A stretch of 64,000 nucleotides of DNA. Source: Chitinophagaceae bacterium. Its GTDB lineage: Bacteria > Bacteroidota > Bacteroidia > Chitinophagales > Chitinophagaceae. The stretch is taken from the NCBI GenBank assembly GCA_947452965.1, contig CANGEW010000004.1:22955-86954 (forward strand), read 5' to 3'. This document shows, piece after piece, positions 20,184-30,671 of the stretch; position 1 is the first letter of the stretch, and every line of letters starts with the position of its first letter. Under the pieces are notes generated by a model. The model saw only the letters and a program-made list of their open reading frames with translations, did no database searches and was not told where the DNA came from. The translations under genes and the position numbers were made by a program.

Positions 20184-20864
20184 ATGTTTGATATTTTTCT
20201 ACAAATAGATTCTACTGCAATTGTTATGGTAGCCGAGGGTGCAAAATCCGAATCTCTTTGGACTTTGCTAATGAAAGGAGGTCCTGTAATGGTTCCTTTA
20301 ATCGCATTATTTGGAGCGGTGGTGTATTTTTTTATTGAGAGATTAATGGTTATCAGAAAAGCAAGTCTGATGGAAGATCAATTCATGACACAAATTCGAT
20401 CATTTATTTTGCAAGGAGATTTGGCCGGGGCAAAAACGTATGCAAAGAATAGTCATCATCCAATTGCACGAATGATAGATAAAGGTCTACAGAGAGTTGG
20501 GAAGCCCATTGATTCAATAGAAAAAAGTATGGATAATGTAGGCAAACTTGAAATGTATCAGTTAGAAAAGAATCTTACTATTCTTTCTGTAGCTGCAAGA
20601 ATCGCCCCTCTATTTGGCTTCGTGGGTACAATTATTGGGTTAGTGATGTTGTTAAAGGAATTCGCTACGATAAGTAATCCTTCTATCAGTCAAATTGCAG
20701 ATGCAATGTATGTTAAGTTAATTACCTCAGCAACTGGTTTGATAACTGGTATGATTGCGTTTATGGGCCATAGTTATTTAGACACACAAATCAATCGGTT
20801 AGCTAATAAAATGGAAGCAGCTAGTAATGAATTTATAGACATGCTTCAAGAGCCAGTTAAGTGA
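20184..20864 (+). CDS. exbB: MotA/TolQ/ExbB proton channel
   Basis: KGGPVMVPL, APLFGFVGTIIG, LITSATGL. Confidence 0.9.
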   Translation: MFDIFLQIDSTAIVMVAEGAKSESLWTLLMKGGPVMVPLIALFGAVVYFFIERLMVIRKASLMEDQFMTQIRSFILQGDLAGAKTYAKNSHHPIARMIDKGLQRVGKPIDSIEKSMDNVGKLEMYQLEKNLTILSVAARIAPLFGFVGTIIGLVMLLKEFATISNPSISQIADAMYVKLITSATGLITGMIAFMGHSYLDTQINRLANKMEAASNEFIDMLQEPVK

Positions 20865-20953
20865 TAATGAATCATATAGAATACTATCTAACTTTATCTT
20901 GGCATACATGTAGATACAAACAATAGTTTGAGTCAAAAAATATTATCGAACGA

Positions 20954-21361
20954 ATGAAACTTAGAAAAAATAAATGGAGGGATAATCATTCAGAAGTAGA
21001 CACCGGTCCACTGAATGATATTCTTTTTATATTGTTAATGTTTTTTTTAATGATTTCCACTCTAGCCAATCCTAATGTAATCAAACTGAGTGTCCCCAAA
21101 TCTAAAAGTGATACAAAGCAAAAGCAAAGCGTTGTAATAAGTATTGACAAGAATAAGAATTATTATATCGGGGCGAAAAAAATTAACAGTGATTCTATTA
21201 ATACTGTTTTAAAGAAATACATCAATGAAGGAGATAGTATCAAGCCTGCAGTGGTAATTAATGCAGATGCATTGACTGAATGGGGTGAGATTGTGAAGGT
21301 AATGAAGGCTGCTAGAAAGCTAGGTGCTATTACTTCTGCAACCGTTACTGGCAAAGACTAG
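20954..21361 (+). CDS. exbD: ExbD/TolR biopolymer transport protein
   Basis: PLNDILFILLMFFLM transmembrane segment with conserved Asp; VINAD. Confidence 0.9.
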   Translation: MKLRKNKWRDNHSEVDTGPLNDILFILLMFFLMISTLANPNVIKLSVPKSKSDTKQKQSVVISIDKNKNYYIGAKKINSDSINTVLKKYINEGDSIKPAVVINADALTEWGEIVKVMKAARKLGAITSATVTGKD

Positions 21362-22199
21362 CTATTGCAAATCGATCTTTGTCAAAAAGATCTTTTTTAA
21401 TAGATATGACATATCCATTTTTTCTAAACAAGCTTTCAATTTCATCTCCAAAAGACTCATGAATTTCCAAGTAAATCTTCCCTGAAGTATGTAAATGCGA
21501 TTTCCCAAATTGCATAATGGCTTCATAAAAAACAAGGGGATTGGATTCGTTCACAAATAATGCCTGATGAGGTTCATAAGAAAGCACGTTCTTATTCATC
21601 GAAGACATATCGCTTTCGGGTATATAGGGAGGATTGCTCACAATGATATCATATATGTCTAGTGAATTCCAGGTGGATTGATCTAAAAAGTCAGTTTGTT
21701 TAAAAGTAATTTCCGCAGCATTTGAAATTGCATTTTCCTGTGCCACCTTCATTGCAGAAGGGCTAATATCAATGGATGTTATTAAAAAACTCGGATTTGA
21801 TTTTTTGATAGAAATAGGAATACAACCACTACCAGATCCAATATCTAATATTTGCAAGTCGGAAGATTGAAAAAAATCTTTGTTCAGCATTTGTATCATC
21901 TCTTCCGTCTCTGGACGGGGTATCAATACATGTTCGTTAACTTTTAATTTCAAATGATTGAACCATGTGAAGCCCATTACATATTGAACAGGCTTGTGGA
22001 TCAGTAATTCACTTAGCGCATTAGCAAGTGTATGTTCTTCAGCTAAAGATAATGTTTGATTTGGGTATTTTATGATGTCAGCTTTCGTAATAGCAACCAT
22101 TGATTCTAAAATCATGGAAGAAATCACTGAAGCTTCATGTAAGGGGTATAAATCCTTTAGTTGTTCTATAAAATGCCTTTGCCATTCATAAATTGTCAT
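21345..22199 (-). CDS. prmC: Release factor glutamine methyltransferase (start probably 22199 or 22211)
   Basis: PVQYVMG, VLIPRPETEE, LDIGSGSGCI, SNPPY. Confidence 0.95.
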   Translation of the reverse strand: MTIYEWQRHFIEQLKDLYPLHEASVISSMILESMVAITKADIIKYPNQTLSLAEEHTLANALSELLIHKPVQYVMGFTWFNHLKLKVNEHVLIPRPETEEMIQMLNKDFFQSSDLQILDIGSGSGCIPISIKKSNPSFLITSIDISPSAMKVAQENAISNAAEITFKQTDFLDQSTWNSLDIYDIIVSNPPYIPESDMSSMNKNVLSYEPHQALFVNESNPLVFYEAIMQFGKSHLHTSGKIYLEIHESFGDEIESLFRKNGYVISIKKDLFDKDRFAIASLCQ

Positions 22200-22242
22200 T
22201 ACTACAAACATACTTAATTTTTTGATGCTTACTTTTGCATCC

Positions 22243-23289
22243 TTGACTATCGAACAAAAATACATGCAACGTTGCTTAGAGCTTGCTAAGAAAGGCCTTG
22301 GTCTTGTTGCGCCTAATCCTATGGTTGGAGCTATTTTGGTTTATGAGAACCAAATTATAGGAGAGGGATTTCATGAGTATTTTGGCGGTCCTCATGCAGA
22401 AGTAAATTGTATCAATAGCGTAGCCGAGGAAAACAAAAATAAAATTTCTCAAAGCACCTTATTTGTCTCATTGGAGCCTTGTAATCATTTTGGTAAAACG
22501 CCCCCTTGTACCGATATGATAATCAAGCATCGCATCCCAAATGTTATGATTGGATGCATGGATTCATTTGAGAAAGTAAATGGAATGGGTATACGAAAAT
22601 TACGAGAGGCAGGGGTAAACGTTGTTGTGAATGTTCTAGAAGACGACTCAAAGGAGTTAAATAAGAGGTTCTTTGTTTTTCATGAAAAAAAACGCCCTTA
22701 CATTCTATTAAAATGGGCTCAATCTGCCGATAAAAAAATGAATGCACAAAGTGCTGCACCTACCAAAATCAGTAATGTGTTTACGGATCGATGGGTGCAT
22801 CAATGGAGAGGAGAAGAGGCTGCTATAATTATTGGAAAAAACACTGCTTTGAAAGATAATCCAAGATTGTCTAATCGATTGTCAAAAGGAAATCAGCCAA
22901 TACGAATTTTTATTGATAAAGATTTAGAGGTGCCAGGTCATTTCCATCTCCTAGGCCAATCTGTTCATACATTGATACTAAATAGTAAAAAATGTGAAAA
23001 AATCAACCATAATGAGTTTTTGAAAATTGATTTCACAACATCCATAGTGGGACAAATAAATGAGATACTTTACCAGCGAGGAATATCTTCTTTGATTGTA
23101 GAAGGCGGCGCTCAATTATTAAACACTTATATAACTGAAAATATGTGGGATGAAGCAAGGGTTATTACTAATACAAGATTATTTCTAGAAACAGGCCTTG
23201 ATAGTCCAGTATTACAAAATGAAATTTTCATAAAAAGACAATTAATTACGACGGATTCTATTGATTTTTTTAAAAATGTACACCATTAA
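22243..23289 (+). CDS. ribD: Bifunctional riboflavin deaminase/reductase (start uncertain: TTG 22243 or ATG 22264)
   Basis: APNPMVGA, HAE, SLEPCNHFGKTPPC, LKWAQSAD, VEGG. Confidence 0.95.
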   Translation: MTIEQKYMQRCLELAKKGLGLVAPNPMVGAILVYENQIIGEGFHEYFGGPHAEVNCINSVAEENKNKISQSTLFVSLEPCNHFGKTPPCTDMIIKHRIPNVMIGCMDSFEKVNGMGIRKLREAGVNVVVNVLEDDSKELNKRFFVFHEKKRPYILLKWAQSADKKMNAQSAAPTKISNVFTDRWVHQWRGEEAAIIIGKNTALKDNPRLSNRLSKGNQPIRIFIDKDLEVPGHFHLLGQSVHTLILNSKKCEKINHNEFLKIDFTTSIVGQINEILYQRGISSLIVEGGAQLLNTYITENMWDEARVITNTRLFLETGLDSPVLQNEIFIKRQLITTDSIDFFKNVHH

Positions 23290-23297
23290 TTTGCATC

Positions 23298-23903
23298 ATG
23301 GATTATTTTTTCTCAATAGAAAAAGAAGGGGTGAATGAGTTTAAAGACAGAGGCAGTAGATTTATTGCCAATGCATTCCCATTAGAAAAAGTGGAGGATT
23401 TTAAAAGTAAGCTCCAAATAATCAAAAAAGAACACCCCAAGGCAGTGCATCATTGTTTTGCGTATAGAATTGGATTAACGGGCGATATGTATAGAGTAAG
23501 TGATGATGGTGAACCTTCGGGCTCTGCCGGTAAACCCATATTAGGTCAAATTGATAGCAAAAAGATTATCAATGTTGCGATTATTGTTACACGTTATTTT
23601 GGGGGAACATTATTGGGCGTACCCGGTCTGATAAACGCCTATAAAACAGCTTCATCTTTGGTGCTACAAACCATTCCAATTGTTCAAAAGCCAGTAATGA
23701 TTGCCTATCATATTGAATTTGACTATACCATCATAAATGAAATTATGCAAGTCTTAAAACAATGTCAATGTGAAGTAGTAGATAGAGAAATCAATCTTTT
23801 TTCAGGAATCAAATGCAATGTGCCCAAAATAAAGGAAAATGAGACCATATTTCGCTTAAATCAGTTAAAGGGCGTATCAGTAAAAAAAATTTTACTCAGT
23901 TAA
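23298..23903 (+). CDS. yigZ: YigZ/IMPACT family protein
   Basis: SRFIA, HHCFAY, DDGEPSGSAGKP, RYFGGTLLG. Confidence 0.92.
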   Translation: MDYFFSIEKEGVNEFKDRGSRFIANAFPLEKVEDFKSKLQIIKKEHPKAVHHCFAYRIGLTGDMYRVSDDGEPSGSAGKPILGQIDSKKIINVAIIVTRYFGGTLLGVPGLINAYKTASSLVLQTIPIVQKPVMIAYHIEFDYTIINEIMQVLKQCQCEVVDREINLFSGIKCNVPKIKENETIFRLNQLKGVSVKKILLS

Positions 23904-23993
23904 ATAATTATCATAATTTAGCCCGTATTTTTCAAAGATTTTTTATTTATAGTTTTTTTATTTCTGGATTATTTCATTAACATTCAAATTAAC

Positions 23994-24893
23994 ATGAAAA
24001 AATTATTACCATTCTTTGGTTTATTGTTACTGTTGCAAAATGCAAAAGCCCAACAATTGCATTTCATGAGTCAGTACATGCAACACAACTCAATGTATAA
24101 CCCTGCTGCAGCTGGCATGTCAAGCAACAATTCAATAGGCTTAGCCTACAGAAGCATGTGGGAAGCTTTTCCAGGCCATCCGACAACTAAAATGTTGTAT
24201 GCAGATTTTGAGATGCCTAAAATGAATGCAGGTTTGGGCGGGTATATTTACAGGGATGAAACAGGTCCTTTAAGTAGAACAGGCGTTCAATTAGCGTATT
24301 CTTATCACATTAATTCAAGAGATGGTAAAAGTCGTCTAGGAATTGGAATTGAGGCAAGAGGCTTACAATATTCTTATGATCAAAACAAAGCAACATATGC
24401 AGTTGTTTCAGATCCGACTTTAAGTCAGAGTGTTTCCACTTCAGCTTTCGATGCGGGCGCTGGTGTATATTGGAGATACAGTGATTTATCTGTAGGGTTA
24501 GCAGTTAGTCAATTGTTGGATTCTAAAATAAAATTAACTGACGCCAATAATGCTTCAATCGCTGGAAAATTATACAGACATTATAATTTGACTGGAAGTT
24601 ATGTTTTTCACACAGATGAGTCTATTACAATCATACCCAATGCAATGATCAGAATGATTGAAAATTCACCTGATGAGTATGAGTTTGGAGTAAGGGTAGA
24701 CTATGAAAATAAAGTATGGTGGGCTTTAGATTATAGAGTTCGTCAATCATGGAGTATTCAAGCAGGGTTGAAGTTATTTGATAAATTGAACGCAACGTAT
24801 TCTTATGATATTTATTCAACACCATTAGGTGTTTTCTCTGAAGGATCCGGTGCTCATGAAATTAGTTTACAATATCTCCTAAGAAAAAAATAA
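23994..24893 (+). CDS. PorP/SprF-family T9SS outer membrane protein
   Basis: Signal peptide then QQ; SQYM....YNPAAAG; AYSYH; YSYD; GAHEISL; directly upstream of a type-B CTD cargo. Confidence 0.9.
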   Translation: MKKLLPFFGLLLLLQNAKAQQLHFMSQYMQHNSMYNPAAAGMSSNNSIGLAYRSMWEAFPGHPTTKMLYADFEMPKMNAGLGGYIYRDETGPLSRTGVQLAYSYHINSRDGKSRLGIGIEARGLQYSYDQNKATYAVVSDPTLSQSVSTSAFDAGAGVYWRYSDLSVGLAVSQLLDSKIKLTDANNASIAGKLYRHYNLTGSYVFHTDESITIIPNAMIRMIENSPDEYEFGVRVDYENKVWWALDYRVRQSWSIQAGLKLFDKLNATYSYDIYSTPLGVFSEGSGAHEISLQYLLRKK

Positions 24894-24936
24894 TCTCCAC
24901 TATCATCTATAATCAACTTACATAAATACAATCGAT

Positions 24937-27900
24937 ATGCGTAAAGCGAATAACTTTTTAAAAAATCAGAAATCATTATTATTACTGATTGCATTATTTA
25001 CCATTACATCTTCTTTATTAGCTCAAGCACCAGCTAATGACGAGCCTTGTAATGCTACAATCATACCAACCCCAACTGATGCCACTTGTAACTATGCCAG
25101 CTATACAACTGTTGGCGCTACCCGTACAACTGCAGTTCCGGCTCCATCTTGTATCACGACTCAACGACCAGACGTTTGGTTTGCGGTAATCGTTCCTGCT
25201 GAAGGAGCTGTATCAATCAGTACTCAACAAGGAGCAGGTACCATGACAAACGGCGTATTGTCAACGTATACAGGTTCTTGCTCGGCGTTAACCCAACATG
25301 ATTGTAATCATCCAGCTGCTGGCGGAATGCCATCATTGGCAGCTACTGGATTAAATCCAGGTGATACTTTGTGGATTAGAATGGCGAGTTTTACGGGCAC
25401 AAGAGGAAGTTTTGACATTTGTGTAAGTTTGCTTCCACCACCTCCATCAAATGATGACGCTTGCAATGCCATACCATTAACACCTGATTATACTTGTAAT
25501 TATCAAACTTTTTCAAATAGTTATGCTACCCTTTCTCCAGAACCGGATCCTGGATGTGCCAATTTATTGGGTTCTGACGTGTGGTTTAGTGTGACAGTTC
25601 CTGCTGAAGGAGTATTAACTTTTGACATGCAGGCCGGAGTGATGACAGATGGAGGCATGGCCATTTATAATGGAGATTGTAACAATTTGAATTTGTTAGC
25701 ATGTGATGATAATACAGGAACTGGAAATATGCCACAAATCACCCAAACAGGTTTAACTCCAGGCGAAACCATCTGGGTAAGGATTTGGGAAAATGGCAAT
25801 GATAATAATGGCGATTTTGGAATTTGTGTAAAAATACCACCACCTCCACCAGTGAATGATGATCCTTGTGGGGCAATAGAAATCATCCCTGACGTTTCTT
25901 GTAATTATCAAACCTTTACCAACGAAAATTCAACAGCTACAGATCCTGGCGTAGCGCCAGCTCCGGGTTGTGCAAGTTATACAGGTCAGGATGTATGGTT
26001 TAAAGTGGTAGTGCCTCCATCAGGTGCACTTACATTTGATAGTCAAAGTGGTGCCATCACGGATGGTGGTATGGCTATTTACAGTGGTAGTTGTGGCGCA
26101 TTGACATTGATTGCGTGTGATGATGATGCTGGAACTGGATTAATGCCTAAAATTGTTAATAATAACTTGACGCCTGGCGATACCATTTGGATTAGATTTT
26201 GGGAGTATGCCGGTGGAACCGTTGGAGACTTTGGATTGTGTGTAACATTACCTCCACCTCCACCAAGCAATGACGAACCTTGTGGTGCTATTTCATTAAC
26301 TGCAGATTACACTTGTAATGCCCAAACTTTCTCAAATGATGGAGCTACAGCAAGCACTTCTGTTCCAGACCCAGGTTGTGCAGGATATACAGGTGGAGAT
26401 GTTTGGTTTAATGTGGTGGTCCCTGCTGAAGGCATTCTTAAATTTGATACCCAAGCAGATGTAATGACAGATGGTGGCATGGCTGTATACAGCGGTGATT
26501 GCAACAACTTAAATTTATTAGCTTGTGATGATAATACAGGTACAGGTAATATGCCTCAAATCGTTTTACAAAACCTAACGCCAGGAGAAACTCTTTGGAT
26601 AAGGGTTTGGGAAAATGGAAATAATAACAATGGCAACTTTGGAATTTGTGTTACTATTCCACCGCCGCCACCAGCAAATGACGAGCCTTGCAACGCATTT
26701 GAAATCATTCCAGATGTCACTTGTAATTTTCAGGTATATACAAATGAAAATGCAACCGCTACACCAAATGTTCCTGCGCCCGGATGTGCTAATTATGCCG
26801 GAGGAGATGTTTGGTTTAAAGTAGTCGTGCCACCATCAGGAACATTGATATTTGATGGCAACAATGATCAGGTAATCTTGGATGGCGGAATGGCTTTGTA
26901 TACTGGTACATGTGACAATTTATCTTTATTAACATGTAATGATGATGCTAGTGCAAATGGTTTGATGCCAAAAATTGTTGCCAATAACTTAAATCCAGGC
27001 GATACTATTTGGGTAAGATTCTGGGAATATGGTGGCGATAATAATGGAACTTTTAGTTTGTGTGTAACCTTGCCACCCCCTCCACCAGCTAATGACGAAC
27101 CGTGTGATGCGATAGAACTTCAAGCAGGAAATGCTTGTGTTCCGCAAACTTTTAGTAACGATGGTGCAACGGGAAGTACCTCTGTTGCTGATCCGGGTTG
27201 CGCTAATTATTTAGGAGGAGATGTTTGGTTTAAAGTGGTTGTTCCAGCAGGGGCTTCAACCTCTTCTTTGTTATTCGATACTCAAGCAGATATAATGACA
27301 GATGGCGGCATGGCTATTTATACAGGAACTTGCGACAACTTAACTTTATTGGCTTGTGATGATAATAGTGGTGCTGGTTCTATGCCTCAAATCAATCAAG
27401 CAGGATTAAACCCAGGCGATACGGTTTGGATTAGAGTTTGGGAATATGGAAATGACAATAATGGTAATTTTGGTATTTGTGTTTCATTAGTACCCTCTCC
27501 ACCTGTTTGTGGTGGAAATCCTCCAGCTGGTAACTCTTGCGATATTGCTACCCCTGTATGTAACTTTAGTGGATACTGTGGTAACACTTCAGCAGATTAT
27601 ACAATTGATACCTGGTCCGAATTAACAACGGCATTCTGCGGAAGCATTGACAATAACTCGTTTATTAGTTTTGTTGCTTCAGATGTATCTGCCACTTTTA
27701 ACGTATGGGTAACGAATAGTAGAGACGGATTTGGAATTCAAATGTTATTTTATGATGGAGGTTGTGGTTCTGGAGCAGTTAATTCTTATGGCTGTTTCAA
27801 TAATGATGTTCTTTTCCCTAGTGCACTTCCTCATTCAGTAACAGCTACTGGGTTAATACCTGGTCAGACATACTATTTGATGTTTGACGGATATGCAGGC

Positions 27901-29484
27901 GACGTTTGTGATTACTCTATCGATCCTGTATCTGGTGTAAGAATTCTATCAGTAACTACCAATCCAGCTAACTCTACAATTTGTAACGGTTCAACAGTTA
28001 CCTTATCAGCTTCAGGAAATGCTGGTACTTATTCTTGGGTAGGTAGCAATTTGAATTCAACTACAGGTAACACGGTAACAGCAAGTCCTACTTCTACTAC
28101 TGTATACACTGTAACTGCTTCAGATGCTGTAGGGAATTGCCCACTTACGAAAGACATCACTGTGACGGTTGTAAATCCTAACACAGGTGATACAACTGCG
28201 ACTGCATGTTCAAGCTTTACTTGGTATGGAGTTACTTACACATCAACACCTGTAGTAGCACCCACACATACATTTACAAATTCTCATGGTTGTGATAGTG
28301 TTGTTACCTTACACTTAAGAGTTAGTTATCCAAACACAGGAGATACAACTGCTGTAGCTTGCAATAGTTTTAGATGGTATGGCGTTACCTATAACTCAAC
28401 CCCTGTTGTTGCACCTACTCATACATTTAGAAATGTTAATGGTTGTGACAGTGTAGTTACCTTGCACTTAACCATTAATCAAAGTACTCATAATTCAAGT
28501 ACTCAGGTAGCATGTGAATCGTATACCTGGAATGGTGTTGTATATACTGCAAGCGGCCTTTACACTTACAGCTATTCGAATGGTTCAAGTTGTCCATCTG
28601 TTGACACATTACATTTGACCATTAATTATGGAACACATAATACAGAAAGACAAACTGCTTGTGACTCATATTTGTGGCATAATACAACCTACACAACAAG
28701 TGGAGTATATACCTATTCTTATACCAATGGAAATAGTTGCGCTTCCGTTGATACATTGTATCTAACTGTAGGTCACTCAAATACAGGTGATACGACTGTT
28801 ACTAGATGTGGTACATTCACTTGGTATGGTTCAACTTATACTTCTCCAACAACAGCCACTCATACATTCAAAAATCTTTCAGGTTGCGATAGCATAGTGA
28901 CGCTTCATTTGAATCTTCCAGCATCACCATTCACTGTAGATGCAGGAGATCCATTAACACTGGTTGTAGGTTCAAATATTTCAGCAATTGCTGTTGTAAA
29001 CCCATCTGCAAGTGCCAGTTCAATACTTTGGACTCCTTTGTCTAGTTATGGAACTGTGATGTCGCCTCTTGTAAATACATTAACACCTTCTATATCACAA
29101 CCTTCTATAGTAGTTAGTGGAAACTTTACGTCTTTATTTGAGATAAAAGTTACTGACAACAACGGGTGTTTTGCAAAAGATACACTAGTCGTTAATGTTC
29201 AGAATGAATGTATAACTGTTCATAATACTTTCTCACCTAATGGAGATGGCATCAATGACAAGTGGGAAGTATATGCCAGTCGTTCATGTTTAAAGAATGT
29301 TTCTGTAATGGTGTATAATAGATATGGTAGCAAGGTTTACGAAAGCAGGGACTATAATAATAACTGGGATGGAACCTATAATGGAAATACACTTCCAGAT
29401 GCTACTTATTATGCAATCATAGAATTTGAAACATTTAGCGGTACTAAAACTACTGTAAGAACAGATGTAAGTATTGTAAGATAA
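24937..29484 (+). CDS. Large repeat-rich surface protein (putative adhesin) with a T9SS type-B gliding-motility-associated C-terminal domain
   Basis: Signal peptide; six ~137-aa Cys-rich repeats; five ~50-aa repeats; CTD NTFSPNGDGINDKW..YNRYG..WDG..TYY..VSIVR. Confidence 0.9.
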   Translation: MRKANNFLKNQKSLLLLIALFTITSSLLAQAPANDEPCNATIIPTPTDATCNYASYTTVGATRTTAVPAPSCITTQRPDVWFAVIVPAEGAVSISTQQGAGTMTNGVLSTYTGSCSALTQHDCNHPAAGGMPSLAATGLNPGDTLWIRMASFTGTRGSFDICVSLLPPPPSNDDACNAIPLTPDYTCNYQTFSNSYATLSPEPDPGCANLLGSDVWFSVTVPAEGVLTFDMQAGVMTDGGMAIYNGDCNNLNLLACDDNTGTGNMPQITQTGLTPGETIWVRIWENGNDNNGDFGICVKIPPPPPVNDDPCGAIEIIPDVSCNYQTFTNENSTATDPGVAPAPGCASYTGQDVWFKVVVPPSGALTFDSQSGAITDGGMAIYSGSCGALTLIACDDDAGTGLMPKIVNNNLTPGDTIWIRFWEYAGGTVGDFGLCVTLPPPPPSNDEPCGAISLTADYTCNAQTFSNDGATASTSVPDPGCAGYTGGDVWFNVVVPAEGILKFDTQADVMTDGGMAVYSGDCNNLNLLACDDNTGTGNMPQIVLQNLTPGETLWIRVWENGNNNNGNFGICVTIPPPPPANDEPCNAFEIIPDVTCNFQVYTNENATATPNVPAPGCANYAGGDVWFKVVVPPSGTLIFDGNNDQVILDGGMALYTGTCDNLSLLTCNDDASANGLMPKIVANNLNPGDTIWVRFWEYGGDNNGTFSLCVTLPPPPPANDEPCDAIELQAGNACVPQTFSNDGATGSTSVADPGCANYLGGDVWFKVVVPAGASTSSLLFDTQADIMTDGGMAIYTGTCDNLTLLACDDNSGAGSMPQINQAGLNPGDTVWIRVWEYGNDNNGNFGICVSLVPSPPVCGGNPPAGNSCDIATPVCNFSGYCGNTSADYTIDTWSELTTAFCGSIDNNSFISFVASDVSATFNVWVTNSRDGFGIQMLFYDGGCGSGAVNSYGCFNNDVLFPSALPHSVTATGLIPGQTYYLMFDGYAGDVCDYSIDPVSGVRILSVTTNPANSTICNGSTVTLSASGNAGTYSWVGSNLNSTTGNTVTASPTSTTVYTVTASDAVGNCPLTKDITVTVVNPNTGDTTATACSSFTWYGVTYTSTPVVAPTHTFTNSHGCDSVVTLHLRVSYPNTGDTTAVACNSFRWYGVTYNSTPVVAPTHTFRNVNGCDSVVTLHLTINQSTHNSSTQVACESYTWNGVVYTASGLYTYSYSNGSSCPSVDTLHLTINYGTHNTERQTACDSYLWHNTTYTTSGVYTYSYTNGNSCASVDTLYLTVGHSNTGDTTVTRCGTFTWYGSTYTSPTTATHTFKNLSGCDSIVTLHLNLPASPFTVDAGDPLTLVVGSNISAIAVVNPSASASSILWTPLSSYGTVMSPLVNTLTPSISQPSIVVSGNFTSLFEIKVTDNNGCFAKDTLVVNVQNECITVHNTFSPNGDGINDKWEVYASRSCLKNVSVMVYNRYGSKVYESRDYNNNWDGTYNGNTLPDATYYAIIEFETFSGTKTTVRTDVSIVR
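25036..27500 (+). repeat. Six ~137-aa intragenic domain repeats starting at 25036, 25450, 25855, 26269, 26677 and 27091
   Basis: Each unit ND(E/D)xC...DVWF...PG(D/E)TxW(I/V)R...CV, joined by PPPP(P) linkers. Confidence 0.95.
28171..28920 (+). repeat. Five ~50-aa intragenic repeats
   Basis: Units of the form xCxx(F/Y)xWxxxxY...GC(D/P/A)SVxTLxLx. Confidence 0.9.
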
Positions 29485-29501
29485 ACTATTCTAATAAACA
29501 G

Positions 29502-29532
29502 AATGCCTCTCAGAAATGAGGGGCATTTTTTT
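29502..29532 (+). terminator. Intrinsic terminator after the T9SS cargo gene
   Basis: Stem AATGCCTCTCA, GAAA loop, TGAGGGGCATT, followed by a T tract. Confidence 0.85.
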
Positions 29533-29543
29533 GTCATTCCATC

Positions 29544-29867
29544 ATGAATATTGAAGAAATAAGATCCGTTGCATTGTCTTTTTCTGCTGTAACAGAAGGT
29601 TTCCCTTTTGGAGAATCTGTACTGGTTTTTAAAACAAACCATAAAATATTTTTATTACTTTCCTTAGATGAGGTAATCCCTCAATTCAATGCAAAGTGCG
29701 ACCCAGAAAGAGCCATTCTACTTAGAGAGGAGTTCCCAGATTCAGTATTGCCGGGATATCACATGAATAAAAAACATTGGAACACAATATTGGTAGATGG
29801 AAAACTAAAAAGACAAGAAATAATTGAATTGATATCTCACTCTTATGAGTTAGTAAAAAAGAAATAA
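29544..29867 (+). CDS. MmcQ/YjbR family protein
   Basis: EGFPFG, NAKCDPE, PGYHMNKKHWNT, SYELV. Confidence 0.93.
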   Translation: MNIEEIRSVALSFSAVTEGFPFGESVLVFKTNHKIFLLLSLDEVIPQFNAKCDPERAILLREEFPDSVLPGYHMNKKHWNTILVDGKLKRQEIIELISHSYELVKKK

Positions 29868-29873
29868 TAAAAC

Positions 29874-30524
29874 TTATGATTGTTTTTTCTTTCTATAATC
29901 TCCTCTTTTCCATGCCTTGATAAACTCCGCCCAAGCCACAGGATTGAAGATGTTTTGCGGGGCATTTTGATTAAAATAATACATTTTTCTTGCTGATTGT
30001 CTAAGGTATTGAGTGCTGGCTTCTTTTCCATCAATTGGCAAGGTTGCCATCAGGTACTGCCTTGTCATGAGATTGGTATTTTGTCTGGCAATCGAAATGT
30101 CGTCATCAGGAACAGTGGTATTGATGAAATCTCTCTCAAACTGCTCTCTTGAGATTCTTTTTTTTATAATGGTTGCTGGCAGAAATACAGTATCATTAAT
30201 CATTAGCTGTATCATACTGTATTGATTGCCGTTAAGATTCGGATCGATTTTTACAGATTTAGGTTTGAAACCAATGGAACTAAATTCAATTTCATCTCCC
30301 TTTATGGCAACAATACTAAAAACCCCACCTTCATTTGTGATTGTGCCCCTGTTTTGTCCCTTTATGACCACACTAACAGCAGGAAGTCCTTTTAAACTGT
30401 CTGCAGACATCACTACTCCGTATAATTGAACAACTGAATCTTTATACTTGTTGTCTTGAGCGTTTGCTGTGGAGGACAATAGTAAACCACTTAAAATGAA
30501 AATATATTTGACAGGTATATTCAT
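29874..30524 (-). CDS. Secreted CarboxypepD_reg-like domain protein
   Basis: Signal peptide; GTITNEGGVFSI....D.IEFSSIGFK; C-terminal FNPVAWAEFIKAWKRGD. Confidence 0.8.
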   Translation of the reverse strand: MNIPVKYIFILSGLLLSSTANAQDNKYKDSVVQLYGVVMSADSLKGLPAVSVVIKGQNRGTITNEGGVFSIVAIKGDEIEFSSIGFKPKSVKIDPNLNGNQYSMIQLMINDTVFLPATIIKKRISREQFERDFINTTVPDDDISIARQNTNLMTRQYLMATLPIDGKEASTQYLRQSARKMYYFNQNAPQNIFNPVAWAEFIKAWKRGDYRKKKQS

Positions 30525-30625
30525 GTGAACAATTCGATTTCAAAAATAAAGGCTTTGGGCTGAAATAAATCCAACATCATTCATACTTTTTTATAAATAA
30601 CACACAAAGTAAAGTTATCAATGGT

Positions 30626-30633
30626 TAATTTTG
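30626..30633 (+). promoter_or_regulatory. -7 promoter element (TAATTTTG) for the mrp-kynU-pyrF unit
   Basis: TAnnTTTG consensus, 38 nt upstream of the ATG. Confidence 0.55.
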
Positions 30634-30671
30634 TGACTCGAACCTGTTAATGTTAATCTATAAAAAAATCC

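Noticed and set aside
24937-29484. Adhesin repeats as a diversity-generating retroelement TR/VR pair
   Set aside because: No reverse transcriptase in the window; repeat differences look like ordinary, largely synonymous divergence rather than adenine-specific changes
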